Assembly: GCA_934168275.1 (NCBI GenBank)
Contig: CAKPNA010000002.1
Coordinates: 46,779 to 110,778, forward strand
Direction of reading: 5' to 3'
DNA from: an uncultured Bacilli bacterium
Lineage (GTDB): Bacteria > Bacillota_I > Bacilli_A > RF39 > UBA660
DNA length: 64,000 nucleotides
Positions 1 through 9,284 of this stretch are shown piece after piece. The position numbers and the translations under genes were made by a program. Under the pieces are notes generated by a model. The model did not search any database. It was not told the DNA's origin and saw only the letters and a list, made by a program, of their open reading frames with translations. Numbering within the stretch: position 1 is the first letter of the stretch; each line of letters opens with the position of its first letter.

Positions 1-4
1 ATTG

Positions 5-454
5 CTATATTCCTCTATCTATTACTATATATTCTTTTATCCAATTAGTAAATTCATCGACATCTTGATATTTAGGTAAATCATTATCTGATTCAGCATT
101 TAAACTAGTTATAACTTTACCTTTATCTACTATTATTACAGTTGGTGCATATTTTATTTTTTTAGACAATTTAGAGTTTTTTAATTCAGAGAACGGGATG
201 GATAAGATACTGATATTATTATTTGTCATAAATGATTCAAATATGCTTTCACATGGTATCTTTAGGGTACAATAGTTGTTATAAGTATACAAGATAAATG
301 ATTCTTTATTATCAAGATAACTATCTATTTCAGTAGCTGTACTAGTTATAAAAGTATTGTTGTCATAATATTTATCTTCTAAAGTTATTAGTTCTTGTTT
401 ACCGCAACCAGTTATAAATATTATTGGTAGTATTAATAGTAATATTTTTTTCAT
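5..454 (-). CDS. Putative lipoprotein, thioredoxin-like fold (lipobox ITGC at the N-terminus)
   Basis: N-terminal signal peptide ending in ...ITGC. The C-terminal 'APTVIIVDKGKV' resembles the thioredoxin-fold beta-strand motif. Last gene of the cps-linked operon. No canonical CxxC. Confidence 0.4.
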   Translation of the reverse strand: MKKILLLILPIIFITGCGKQELITLEDKYYDNNTFITSTATEIDSYLDNKESFILYTYNNYCTLKIPCESIFESFMTNNNISILSIPFSELKNSKLSKKIKYAPTVIIVDKGKVITSLNAESDNDLPKYQDVDEFTNWIKEYIVIDRGI

Positions 455-1155
455 TTGTTTACCTCTTTTAAATATTCAAAATTTATATTGTGATAATTTA
501 CCTTCCAAAAGTCATAGTAATCTTTACCATCTTCGGTTCTTTTTATTTGGATGTTATTTTTGCCTTCATAGTACCAATATCCTCCCACGTTATATATTTT
601 ATTTGGATTCCAACCTAGAGATGTTAATAGTTCTTTGGTCATGCCAGCATATCCGCCACCACCACACATTAAGAATATATATTTATCTTTAGGAAAATAA
701 TATTCTAATATTTTTAATGACTCAGCATAGTTAGCTTTATATTTACCATCTTCTGTCTTAGTAAATAGTGTTTTTCCTTGATAAGTATTGCCTACTACTT
801 CTGGTAGGTTATTGACATTAACTAGGTATGGATAAGGTAATACTTCAAAGCCTTTAACGTATCCTGATAGATAAGCATCACCACCGATATTTTCATAACT
901 AGCAGGATCTACTAACATACGCATATCGTAATAGACACTATCTTTTCTATTTAAATATTTATCAATATTCTTTTCATTAATATTAGCATCTATTCCTAAT
1001 TCTCCTCTAGTGCCTTCAGATACTTTTGGTTCTGGTAATGTTGTTTCATGTTTATATAATATAAGGCCTCCAATAACTAGAACTATTACTATACTTAGTA
1101 TTATTAATATTTTCTTTTTCATTAATACTCTCTCCTTTCTTTTATAATATAACAT
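451..1155 (-). CDS. Membrane-anchored rhodanese-like domain protein
   Basis: Single N-terminal TM helix. The C-terminal 'IFLMCGGGGYAGMTKELLTSLGWNPNKIYNVGGYWYY' matches the rhodanese active-site loop and C-terminal GGxxxW pattern (vyCrsGxRS...LxGG..aW). Confidence 0.45.
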   Translation of the reverse strand: MLYYKRKERVLMKKKILIILSIVIVLVIGGLILYKHETTLPEPKVSEGTRGELGIDANINEKNIDKYLNRKDSVYYDMRMLVDPASYENIGGDAYLSGYVKGFEVLPYPYLVNVNNLPEVVGNTYQGKTLFTKTEDGKYKANYAESLKILEYYFPKDKYIFLMCGGGGYAGMTKELLTSLGWNPNKIYNVGGYWYYEGKNNIQIKRTEDGKDYYDFWKVNYHNINFEYLKEVNK

Positions 1156-1213
1156 AATAAAAAAAGAACTGGTATCGAGCAGTCCTTGAATTAACTAAAT
1201 TTTTACTTGAGTT

Positions 1214-1909
1214 TTATTTTTTGCATGTATCATTTAATAATAATGGTATTTGATATGTTTCAGTTTTATTATTTATATCGGTAGCATTTATTCTTAGATA
1301 TAAATTATCACTAGTATACATTTTACAAATACGATCATAATTATCGATAGTAAATTCAACATTTTTTAAGTATTCTTCCAATTTAATAGTTGTATCTGAT
1401 TGGTAGTTAGAAGTACTTATTTGTTTTTCAATATTATTATATTTTTCATATAAAATGCATTCTATTTTTACATATTCTTTTTCATTGCTTGTATCACAAT
1501 AGTTAATATTATTTATATATATAGATGTTTTATCTTTATTATAAGAAATACTACCAGATATTTTAAAGTTAGAACAGTTAGCAGAAAGTGTTTTAAATTC
1601 AAAGTCATTATGTTTATTTAAATATATTATAAATAGTATTATAAGTGCTACAGCAATGATAACACCTATTATTAAGTATTTATTATCCTTTTTAAGAGGC
1701 TTTTTCTCACTACCTAGTAATTCATCTATACTGACATTAAAATCGTCGGCTATTTGTTTTAATAGGGCTATATCAGGGAGGTTCTTACCATGTTCCCAAT
1801 TACTTACGGCTTGATATGTAATTCCATACTTTTCAGCAAATTCTGCTTGAGTTAAATGATTATCTTTTCTTAATTTTTTAATTAACTCTCCTACTTTTTT
1901 TTGATTCAT
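1214..1909 (-). CDS. XRE-family HTH transcriptional regulator with a central TM helix and an extracytoplasmic C-terminal domain
   Basis: N-terminal 'LIKKLRKDNHLTQAEFAEKYGITYQAVSNWEHGKNLP' is a classic HTH_3/XRE motif. A hydrophobic segment 'YLIIGVIIAVALIILFIIYL' follows. The gene overlaps the cpsB start by 4 nt. Confidence 0.6.
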   Translation of the reverse strand: MNQKKVGELIKKLRKDNHLTQAEFAEKYGITYQAVSNWEHGKNLPDIALLKQIADDFNVSIDELLGSEKKPLKKDNKYLIIGVIIAVALIILFIIYLNKHNDFEFKTLSANCSNFKISGSISYNKDKTSIYINNINYCDTSNEKEYVKIECILYEKYNNIEKQISTSNYQSDTTIKLEEYLKNVEFTIDNYDRICKMYTSDNLYLRINATDINNKTETYQIPLLLNDTCKK

Positions 1910-2706
1910 AATTCACTTCCATGTCCTAGTTTATTTATTATTCCTTTTAGGAAATTACTCTTAGTAGGACTATTATACTCTGGTATAGGTAAGATACTAT
2001 TTTCTAATACTTTATTGGGATTTTCATTAGTTATTTTATTAAACTTATCTTCTCCTATAATTTTGATTATTTCTTTTTTTATAGTATTAAAGTTATTAAA
2101 GAAAGCACTATTTTTACGATGAATATCACTTCCTAAGAAGCTTACTAAGTTAGCATGGAACATATATTTTACCATGTTTTGAGCATCTGCTCCATACTTA
2201 CCAATAATACTTTCATAATTACATTGAAAATATATTCCTTGATTAGATAGTTCTACTACTCTATTTCTATTATTTCTAAAGTATACGTATCTTTCAGGAT
2301 GAGCAATTATCACTTTAAAGTTTTCTTGTAATAGATCATCTAAGATATCATCTAGTTCTGGTAATTCTTCTTCAAATGGTAATTCTACTAAGACATAACT
2401 AGTATTATTAATAGTACTTATTTCTTGTTTATAAACTAGTTTATCAATATCTTCATTTATAAATATTTCATTAGCTACATATAGTTCAATACCTAGATTT
2501 TGATTATCTAGGTTATTTTTTAATTCATTTTTTATTTTATTATTTGCTGAATATTTACTATCTTCAATATAGTGGGGTGTTAAAATAATTTTATCGAAGC
2601 CTAGTGTACGCATTTTCTTAATAATTTCTATAGATTCTTCGATATCACTGCTACCGTCATCTATTCCATATAAAATGTGTGAATGGAAATCTATCATATA
2701 TAACAC
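1906..2706 (-). CDS. cpsB: Capsular polysaccharide tyrosine-protein phosphatase (PHP family, CpsB/YwqE-like)
   Basis: N-terminal 'MIDFHSHILYGIDDGS' is the PHP-domain metal-binding signature of CpsB/YwqE. It lies immediately downstream of the BY-kinase gene. Confidence 0.8.
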   Translation of the reverse strand: MLYMIDFHSHILYGIDDGSSDIEESIEIIKKMRTLGFDKIILTPHYIEDSKYSANNKIKNELKNNLDNQNLGIELYVANEIFINEDIDKLVYKQEISTINNTSYVLVELPFEEELPELDDILDDLLQENFKVIIAHPERYVYFRNNRNRVVELSNQGIYFQCNYESIIGKYGADAQNMVKYMFHANLVSFLGSDIHRKNSAFFNNFNTIKKEIIKIIGEDKFNKITNENPNKVLENSILPIPEYNSPTKSNFLKGIINKLGHGSEL

Positions 2707-2716
2707 CCTTTCTTAG

Positions 2717-4078
2717 TTATTGTTTTTCCTCTTCAGTATTTTCGTAATAGTAATAACTTTTACCTGAGCTTTTTCTTCTAGGTACTTTATTTACTATAAC
2801 TCCTGCTACTTTAGCATTAACGTTAGTTAACATCTTTTTAGTTGATTCTAGTAATTCAATTGGTGCTGAGTTAAGAGATGTTACTACGATTGTTCTATCA
2901 ACAAAATCTGACATAATTAATGAGTCTGATAAGCCATTTACTGGTGGGCCATCAAAGATAATATAGTCAAATATTTCTGATAGTAATGAGATTAATTTAG
3001 CTGTTTTTTGAGAATTTAATAGTTCTGATGGATTTGGTGGTACTTTACCACGTGGGATAATATATAAATTATCTATTTTTGTTTTGAAGACATAATCTTC
3101 TAGATTTTCTTCGTCATCTTCTTTGTATGCTAATAAGTTAGATAGACCAATACGATTAGATATTTTAAATATTTTGTTTACTCTTCCTTTACGCATATCA
3201 CAGTCAACTATTAATACTTTTTTATTATTTTGTGCAAATGCTGTTGCTAAATTACTACTGATAAAGCTTTTACCTTCACTTGGTATTGAACTTGTTATTA
3301 AGATAGTCTTTATCTTTTCATCAGCGGATGTAAATTGTAAGTTAGTACGGATAGTTCTTATTTGTTCACTAATTATTTCTTTTGGATTAGTTGCTACGAC
3401 TAATTCTTCTTTTAAGTTCTTAGTTTCTTCGACAGAACCTAGGATAGGCATTTGTAATACTTCTTCTACTTGTTCAACACTTTTAGCAGTTCTATCAAAG
3501 TAATATATTACAAAGAAGATTCCTGATGATAATACTAGTCCTAATACTCCACCAATAATACTTGATTTAGCAACATTTATATTATATGGTTCATCTTCTT
3601 CAATGGCAACATCTAGAATATGAACATTATCTAGGTTATATAGTTCTGGTACTTCAACAGTAAATACTTTGGCAACTAAGTTAGCAATAATTTTAGCATT
3701 TAAGGCATTATTATCTGAAACAGTTATTTTTATTATTTGCGTATTGTTTATTGATGAAACACTTATTTCACTAGCTAGTTCTTTATATGTATAACTTTCA
3801 TTTAGTTCTTTTTGAACTTGTTCCAATACTCTTCTACTTTTAATAATTTCTGCATATGTTGATACTAGATTGTTATTAATAGATATATCGCTTTGGGTAA
3901 TACCTGTTCCTTCTTGATTACTTCCTAGGATAACAGTAGTTGATGATTTATACATTGGGATAGTTAAGAATTTAGTATAGATACCACCTATTAAGCAACA
4001 TACTAGTGTAGCAATAATTATATATTTAATTTTATCAATAAAATAATCAAATAGTTCTTTTAAATTAATCTCTTCCAT
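2717..4078 (-). CDS. Fused Wzz/CpsC chain-length determinant and CpsD-type BY tyrosine kinase
   Basis: Two TM helices bracket a Wzz-like periplasmic region. The C-terminal half has Walker A 'SSIPSEGKS', Walker B 'LIVDCDMRKG' and a C-terminal tyrosine cluster 'KSYYYYENTEE'. Confidence 0.8.
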   Translation of the reverse strand: MEEINLKELFDYFIDKIKYIIIATLVCCLIGGIYTKFLTIPMYKSSTTVILGSNQEGTGITQSDISINNNLVSTYAEIIKSRRVLEQVQKELNESYTYKELASEISVSSINNTQIIKITVSDNNALNAKIIANLVAKVFTVEVPELYNLDNVHILDVAIEEDEPYNINVAKSSIIGGVLGLVLSSGIFFVIYYFDRTAKSVEQVEEVLQMPILGSVEETKNLKEELVVATNPKEIISEQIRTIRTNLQFTSADEKIKTILITSSIPSEGKSFISSNLATAFAQNNKKVLIVDCDMRKGRVNKIFKISNRIGLSNLLAYKEDDEENLEDYVFKTKIDNLYIIPRGKVPPNPSELLNSQKTAKLISLLSEIFDYIIFDGPPVNGLSDSLIMSDFVDRTIVVTSLNSAPIELLESTKKMLTNVNAKVAGVIVNKVPRRKSSGKSYYYYENTEEEKQ

Positions 4079-4131
4079 TTTTACTCCTTCTTTATTATAT
4101 ATTTTAGTATATCATATTTTACTTTTTTTGA

Positions 4132-5574
4132 CTAGTTTTCATTTAATACTTCATTAATTTTATTTACGGCTTTTTCCACACTAGAATAGTCTGGTTCCAT
4201 AACGTATAATAACCAATCAGTACCCATACTATATGTATAATTAGATGCTCCTGTACCTGTTACAGCAATACTTTCAATATTCCATGTTGGCATTTTATCT
4301 AGTTGATATTTTATAAATGAAGTAATTGTATTGGAGTCAATATCTGTTTGGAATGATCCATCTAGTGTTCTTAAGATATCACCATAATTACTTATTAATA
4401 CTTTTGATTTAGTTATTTTATCGATAATGGCAGTTATTACTTGTTGTTGGTTAGCTCCTCGATGGTTGTCTCCTGTAGCGTATGAATATCTTTCTCTCGC
4501 GTATGCTAAAGCCATAGCGCCATCCATGTGGTTCCAACCTTGTTCAATGTATAATTTTTTATTTGTCCATGGAACAAACGCTTGGTCTGAATATATATCT
4601 ATTCCTTTAATAGCATCTACTACTTTTATTAGAGTATCAAAGTTAACTCTTAGGTAGTGATCTATATTTATTCCATATAAATCTTCTAGTGTATTTATAC
4701 TTTTATCTATACCAAAAATACCTGCATGAGTTAATTTATCTTTTAGTCCAGTAGTACCTGCTAATTGAACATAGTAATCTCTTGGTGTATTAACTAATAA
4801 GATATGGTTAGTTTTAGGGTTAATAACTGCTAACTGGTTAACATCACTTCTACCTCTTACAGTATCCATATTACCATATTGATCAATACCACTAATATAT
4901 AATATAAATGGTTCTTCTAAGATATATAATGGTTCTTCAATAGGTTGTTCTTGATGAGATTTTACTTTTAATTTTATTGTATATATAACACTTGTTTTAT
5001 CATTAATATCTTCTATTTCTTCAGATATTAAAGTTAAATAACTTGTTTCTAAAACAATAGCATCTGTTTCATTTTTTAATAATTTATTTATTAAAGTATT
5101 ATATAGTGGTACTTTTTCTTCAGTATAAGTTATTTTACTATCTAATTCTTTCTTTATATTAGTACTATTATCATCTTCTAAATAAGTTATATTCTTATTA
5201 TTTAAATCATTAATACTTTGATAATTATTTTCTTTTAATACTAGTACAGAATAACTTAATGTATCATACTTATTATGAACATTATTTACAAAATTATAGG
5301 TATTTATTAAATAATTGTATGTAATAAATAAACTACCTATAGATATAATTATTAATAGTATTAAACTGACTATTTTAAATCCTATCTTTAGTTTACTTAA
5401 CGTAATAATTATTAATATTAGTATAATTAATATATATATTCCATAACCAATGAATAGATATTTATCTGGTATTATATTTAAACTAAATATATAATAACTA
5501 AAAGCTGTTATACATATTAAACATAGTAATATCATTATTGTACTTATAATATTAAACACTTTATTTTTTTTCAT
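4132..5574 (-). CDS. LytR-CpsA-Psr (LCP) family glycopolymer transferase
   Basis: Long N-terminal TM/linker region followed by the LCP domain (e.g. 'AVINPKTNHILLVNTPRDYYV', 'DGAMALAYARERY'). Adjacent to cpsCD/cpsB. Confidence 0.8.
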   Translation of the reverse strand: MKKNKVFNIISTIMILLCLICITAFSYYIFSLNIIPDKYLFIGYGIYILIILILIIITLSKLKIGFKIVSLILLIIISIGSLFITYNYLINTYNFVNNVHNKYDTLSYSVLVLKENNYQSINDLNNKNITYLEDDNSTNIKKELDSKITYTEEKVPLYNTLINKLLKNETDAIVLETSYLTLISEEIEDINDKTSVIYTIKLKVKSHQEQPIEEPLYILEEPFILYISGIDQYGNMDTVRGRSDVNQLAVINPKTNHILLVNTPRDYYVQLAGTTGLKDKLTHAGIFGIDKSINTLEDLYGINIDHYLRVNFDTLIKVVDAIKGIDIYSDQAFVPWTNKKLYIEQGWNHMDGAMALAYARERYSYATGDNHRGANQQQVITAIIDKITKSKVLISNYGDILRTLDGSFQTDIDSNTITSFIKYQLDKMPTWNIESIAVTGTGASNYTYSMGTDWLLYVMEPDYSSVEKAVNKINEVLNEN

Positions 5575-5755
5575 AGTTCTAAACTCCTTTGCTATATTAA
5601 TTATACATATTTATTCGGTATTTGTATAGAGATTTTTAACTTCTTATTAAATTTATCAATTATAATAAATTTATATCAGCATATACACTCTTGATATTAT
5701 TCTTTATATATTCAATTAAATTCTTTTATTAATATTATTAAATAAGTGCATAATA

Positions 5756-5794
5756 AAACTAATGTTGCATTTGTAAAATTGAACATTAGTTTTA
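5756..5794 (-). terminator. Hairpin terminator downstream of the recombinase fragment
   Basis: Perfect 12-bp inverted repeat AAAACTAATGTT-N15-AACATTAGTTTT with an A/T-rich flank. Confidence 0.4.
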
Positions 5795-5836
5795 TTTACA
5801 ATTAATTATTATACCACTTCTTTCCAAATTTCGTGT

Positions 5837-6433
5837 CTATATATCTATACTAACATTAATGATTAAATGATGATTATCATTTGAATCTCTTATATATCCA
5901 TATGGAACTGAAGCAGCAATATATTCTCCTTTTTTCTGTTTAGTTTGATAAACTATTTTTACTTTTCTTGATATATCTCTTTCATATTCATCATTTATTA
6001 AGTTTTTGAGATTAACTAACATACTACTTGATGAATCAAGATCTTTATAACTATCAATTCCATCTATAATAGATATAAATCTTATTCTCATTGTAGAAAA
6101 AGTATCTTCTAAAAACTTACCTACTTTAATATAGTTTCTACCAAGTCTTGATAAGTCTTTAACAATAATAGTATTTATCTTTTTATTTTTAATATCTTCA
6201 AGCATTCTTTGAAAAGATGTTCTATCAAAATTAGTTCCAATAAAACCATCATCTGCATATTCTTCTATATAAACTAAATCATCACTTTTATCTATATAAT
6301 CTTTAATAATCTTTCTTTGATTATCGATGCTATTACTTTCTACATTCTTTTTAAGCTTATCTTCTTGTGATAATCTTAAATATATACCTGCTTTAAATAA
6401 TTCTTCTTCACTATTTCTGTATCTAACTCCCAC
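5837..6433 (-). pseudogene. Truncated large serine recombinase (N-terminal resolvase catalytic domain only)
   Basis: 'AGIYLRLSQEDK...SIDNQR...YADDGFIGTNFDRTSFQRML...IIVKDLSRLGRN' matches the catalytic domain of large serine recombinases (Ser in RLSQED). The ORF ends at 198 aa, whereas family members are about 450-550 aa. No room for the remainder before 5575. Confidence 0.6.
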
Positions 6434-6573
6434 ACTATATCGCCTCCTACCTTAATTTAATATAGTTTTATTTATTTTACGAATGTGCAAAATAAAAGAA
6501 CCAAGATTAATTCTTGATTCCAACTTTTTGTATTTTCAGCATATTATTTTGTATTTATTATTATTTATGCAGC

Positions 6574-6608
6574 AAAAAAGTTTTTACACATTTCCGTAAA
6601 AACTTTTT
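6574..6608. promoter_or_regulatory. 33-bp palindrome AAAAAGTTTTTAC-N8-GTAAAAACTTTTT (copy A, downstream of the ATPase gene)
   Basis: Perfect 13-bp inverted-repeat arms. Nearly identical copy at 7874..7906. Confidence 0.6.
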
Positions 6609-6633
6609 ATTTTTAGATTTCTTTACGTTTTTA

Positions 6634-7833
6634 TTATTCTTCACTTAATAAGAAATCTTTAATATTTAACCATTTTATTCCATTTTCACTATAATTTTCA
6701 TCATCATTAGTAATTATATATTTTGGATAATGATCTTCTATTTCATCGAATGCAGATAATTCTCTTTTTCTTGTATTTTCATCTTTTATTGATATTGCAA
6801 CTTGGACATATATTCTTTCATTATTTTTTATAGCAACAAAATCTATCTCACCTTTATTTGTTTTTCCACTATAAACCTCATATCCTTTATATAATAAAGA
6901 TGAAAGAACAGCATTTTCATAAATATAAGGTAGTGTTCTATTGGATCTGCTATTTCTAATTTGTAAAAGTCCAAAATCTGTATAGTAATATTTAGGAAGC
7001 GTTTTTAATGCATTTTTTCCGTGAATATCATATCTATAAACTTTTTTTAATATCAATGCTTTAGTTAATGAATCAATATATTGATAAATAGTTTCATTAG
7101 ATACACTTCTTCCATTTGTAGTCAAGAAATTAACTAAATTAGTAATAGAAAATTCTCTACCTATAACATCTATTGCATATTGTAAAATTAAATCAAATAA
7201 TGTTCTATCAGTTAGTTTTAATCTATAAATAACGTCTCTCAAAATTATTGAATCATAAACACTTTGTAAATATGCTCTAACAGAATTTTCATCATTATAA
7301 TCAAATCTTTTTGGAAGTGAACCCCACTCTAAATAATTATCGAAAGAATCATTATTATTTATATCTTTATTTAGATATTCTGATATTTCCACATAACTTA
7401 ATGGTTCAATATGGAAATTAACATATCTTCCTGATAATACAGTATCTAATTCTTCAGATAACATTTTAGAGTTTGATCCAGTCAAAAATATACTTAAATT
7501 GAATTCTATATTTAAAGAATTTACAACTTTTTCAAATTTATCAACATTTTGAACTTCATCTAAAAATAGATAATATCTATCATCATCTTTAATAAGATTT
7601 TTAACATAAGCATTTAATTTCTTATAATCTGTAAATTCTTCAAATTCAATTAATTCAAATTTGATAAAAATAATATGGTCTTGTCTTACTTTATTATTAA
7701 GTAATTCATCTTTTATCTGCTCTAACAATTCAGACTTACCACACCTTCTTATACCGACCATAATTTTGATAATGTCATCATCATAAAAAGGTCTAATTTG
7801 TTTTAAATAATGTTCTCTAATTAACTTTTCCAT
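6634..7833 (-). CDS. AAA+ ATPase with C-terminal DUF4143 domain (paralog 1)
   Basis: Walker A 'GIRRCGKS', Walker B 'LFLDEVQ'. Overall architecture typical of AAA_14 + DUF4143 proteins. About 45% identical to the ORF at 21951..23156. Confidence 0.7.
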   Translation of the reverse strand: MEKLIREHYLKQIRPFYDDDIIKIMVGIRRCGKSELLEQIKDELLNNKVRQDHIIFIKFELIEFEEFTDYKKLNAYVKNLIKDDDRYYLFLDEVQNVDKFEKVVNSLNIEFNLSIFLTGSNSKMLSEELDTVLSGRYVNFHIEPLSYVEISEYLNKDINNNDSFDNYLEWGSLPKRFDYNDENSVRAYLQSVYDSIILRDVIYRLKLTDRTLFDLILQYAIDVIGREFSITNLVNFLTTNGRSVSNETIYQYIDSLTKALILKKVYRYDIHGKNALKTLPKYYYTDFGLLQIRNSRSNRTLPYIYENAVLSSLLYKGYEVYSGKTNKGEIDFVAIKNNERIYVQVAISIKDENTRKRELSAFDEIEDHYPKYIITNDDENYSENGIKWLNIKDFLLSEE

Positions 7834-7873
7834 AGATTCATCTCCTTTTCTATTTATATTATATCATATATCA

Positions 7874-7906
7874 AAAAGTTTTTACACATTTTCGTAAAAA
7901 CTTTTT
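7874..7906. promoter_or_regulatory. 33-bp palindrome AAAAAGTTTTTAC-N8-GTAAAAACTTTTT (copy B), abutting the -35/-10 region of ATPase paralog 1
   Basis: Same sequence as 6574..6608 apart from one spacer base. On the minus strand it is followed by GATATATGATATAAT, then the AAAGGAG Shine-Dalgarno and the ATG at 7833. Confidence 0.55.
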
Positions 7907-8108
7907 AGAAAAATATTTTTTTACATTTTTAAGTATTTTTTTGATAGTTAGTGGAGAAAATCAATGATTTTTATCAAATTTTTCTTTTATTTTATTATTT
8001 AATATCTTTCTTAATTTCTTATATTTATCTTGATATTTAAGACATTCCAAAATTATAGCTTTTTGACTTTAAAATATTTATGACTTTATATTTTACAATT
8101 TATAACAA

Positions 8109-9284
8109 TTACTTTTTTAACATTTTTTTTAATATATTTTTCAATTTTCTTTTAAAAACATTAATTTTTCCATATATTTTTAAAAAGTTTTTTTCAACTG
8201 TTTTGTATCCTTTTGATGAATATTCTTGCATTATCTTATAATTTTCTAACGGTTCTATTGTTGGGTGTCTAAGTTGTGAATTATCTTTTAAAATATATTC
8301 TGACTTCGTTTCAATAATGTTAAAATCATCTTTTCTAGACTTAATAAGATTTTCACCTTTAAGTGTATTTATTATTAAACATGAATTTCCTTTTTTATTA
8401 TAAAAAGACTGATGATATCGCTCGATTCCCCAATAATCACCAATTGTTAAATCTCCTGGTCTATTTAAACAAGCGAATTGACATTTATAACAGTTTGGCC
8501 TATACATATAGCCATTTTTAAAGAAATAATAATATGAACTTTCATAGGGTGAAAATGTTTTTTTGAATACTTTATGATTTTTTAAGTAATAACCGTTTAA
8601 ATTTCCAAAAACAGACCATCCATTTTTTTTGTCTCTAAAAACTACATTAGTAATTTTAACTTTATGTTTATCTTCAACATATTTTATATAGTCTAAAAAT
8701 ATTTTTTGATTGGGGGCACCATGACAAACAATATCTACCGTATAAAGATTGTCATAGTCTTTCTTCAAATAACTTTTTAATGCTGCAACTTGACAAGGTG
8801 TTCCAGAAAATAATACAATTTTGTCATCATTTAATTTTTCTTTAATCAATGGTAAAACTTCAATTATATCGCTTTGTACATATTTAGAACCTTGTAACTT
8901 GTCTATATCTTTCGGATTTTCAATTAATATATGTTTAATGTTAATTTTTCCATTTTCATAATATAAAGAACATCCGCAAACATAACCACCATTATTTAAT
9001 ATTCCAATAGCCAAAGTTGAAAATACTCCTCCAGATGATGATTTGCATAAAATATCATTATTTTTTGTTACGGCAGCAAAAAATTTTTTCACATAGTCAT
9101 TGTCAGTTTTTTTAAACTTATTTATATAACAATTTTTTTTGCACATTCCACAATCGATGCATTTATCATCATCAATTTCTGGATATTTATTTCCGAAATC
9201 GTCTTGTTTAATTGTAATTGCTTTTTTGGGACAATTTAACATACATACCCCACAAGCTATACATTTTTCTTTATCTGTTATCAT
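8109..9284 (-). CDS. Coenzyme F420 hydrogenase/dehydrogenase beta-subunit (FrhB)-like protein with two 4Fe-4S ferredoxin motifs
   Basis: N-terminal 'CIACGVCMLNCP' and 'CIDCGMCKKNC' are CxxCxxCxxxCP clusters. This protein family co-occurs with polysaccharide pyruvyl transferases in CPS loci. Confidence 0.6.
   Translation of the reverse strand: MITDKEKCIACGVCMLNCPKKAITIKQDDFGNKYPEIDDDKCIDCGMCKKNCYINKFKKTDNDYVKKFFAAVTKNNDILCKSSSGGVFSTLAIGILNNGGYVCGCSLYYENGKINIKHILIENPKDIDKLQGSKYVQSDIIEVLPLIKEKLNDDKIVLFSGTPCQVAALKSYLKKDYDNLYTVDIVCHGAPNQKIFLDYIKYVEDKHKVKITNVVFRDKKNGWSVFGNLNGYYLKNHKVFKKTFSPYESSYYYFFKNGYMYRPNCYKCQFACLNRPGDLTIGDYWGIERYHQSFYNKKGNSCLIINTLKGENLIKSRKDDFNIIETKSEYILKDNSQLRHPTIEPLENYKIMQEYSSKGYKTVEKNFLKIYGKINVFKRKLKNILKKMLKK

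Noticed and set aside
1901-2122. 73-aa plus-strand ORF overlapping the cpsB and XRE junction.
   Set aside because: Antisense to two well-supported genes. Hydrophobic low-complexity translation.
3123-3503. Plus-strand ORFs of 60-190 aa lying antisense inside long minus-strand genes. Examples: 3123..3503, 4427..4657, 10316..10603, 12166..12429, 17272..17676, 22067..22291, 22441..22674, 24114..24476, 27095..27286, 27594..27890, 34889..35128, 35203..35436, 37090..37275, 37826..38071, 43568..43777, 45222..45512, 45762..46037, 50720..50935, 51695..51973, 52024..52605, 53211..53417, 55106..55486, 55523..55708, 56232..56435, 57758..57991, 58352..58831, 59452..59685.
   Set aside because: Each lies entirely within a confidently identified gene on the opposite strand. 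They have low-complexity, Phe/Leu/Ile-rich translations typical of antisense frames in AT-rich DNA, and no Shine-Dalgarno or domain signal.
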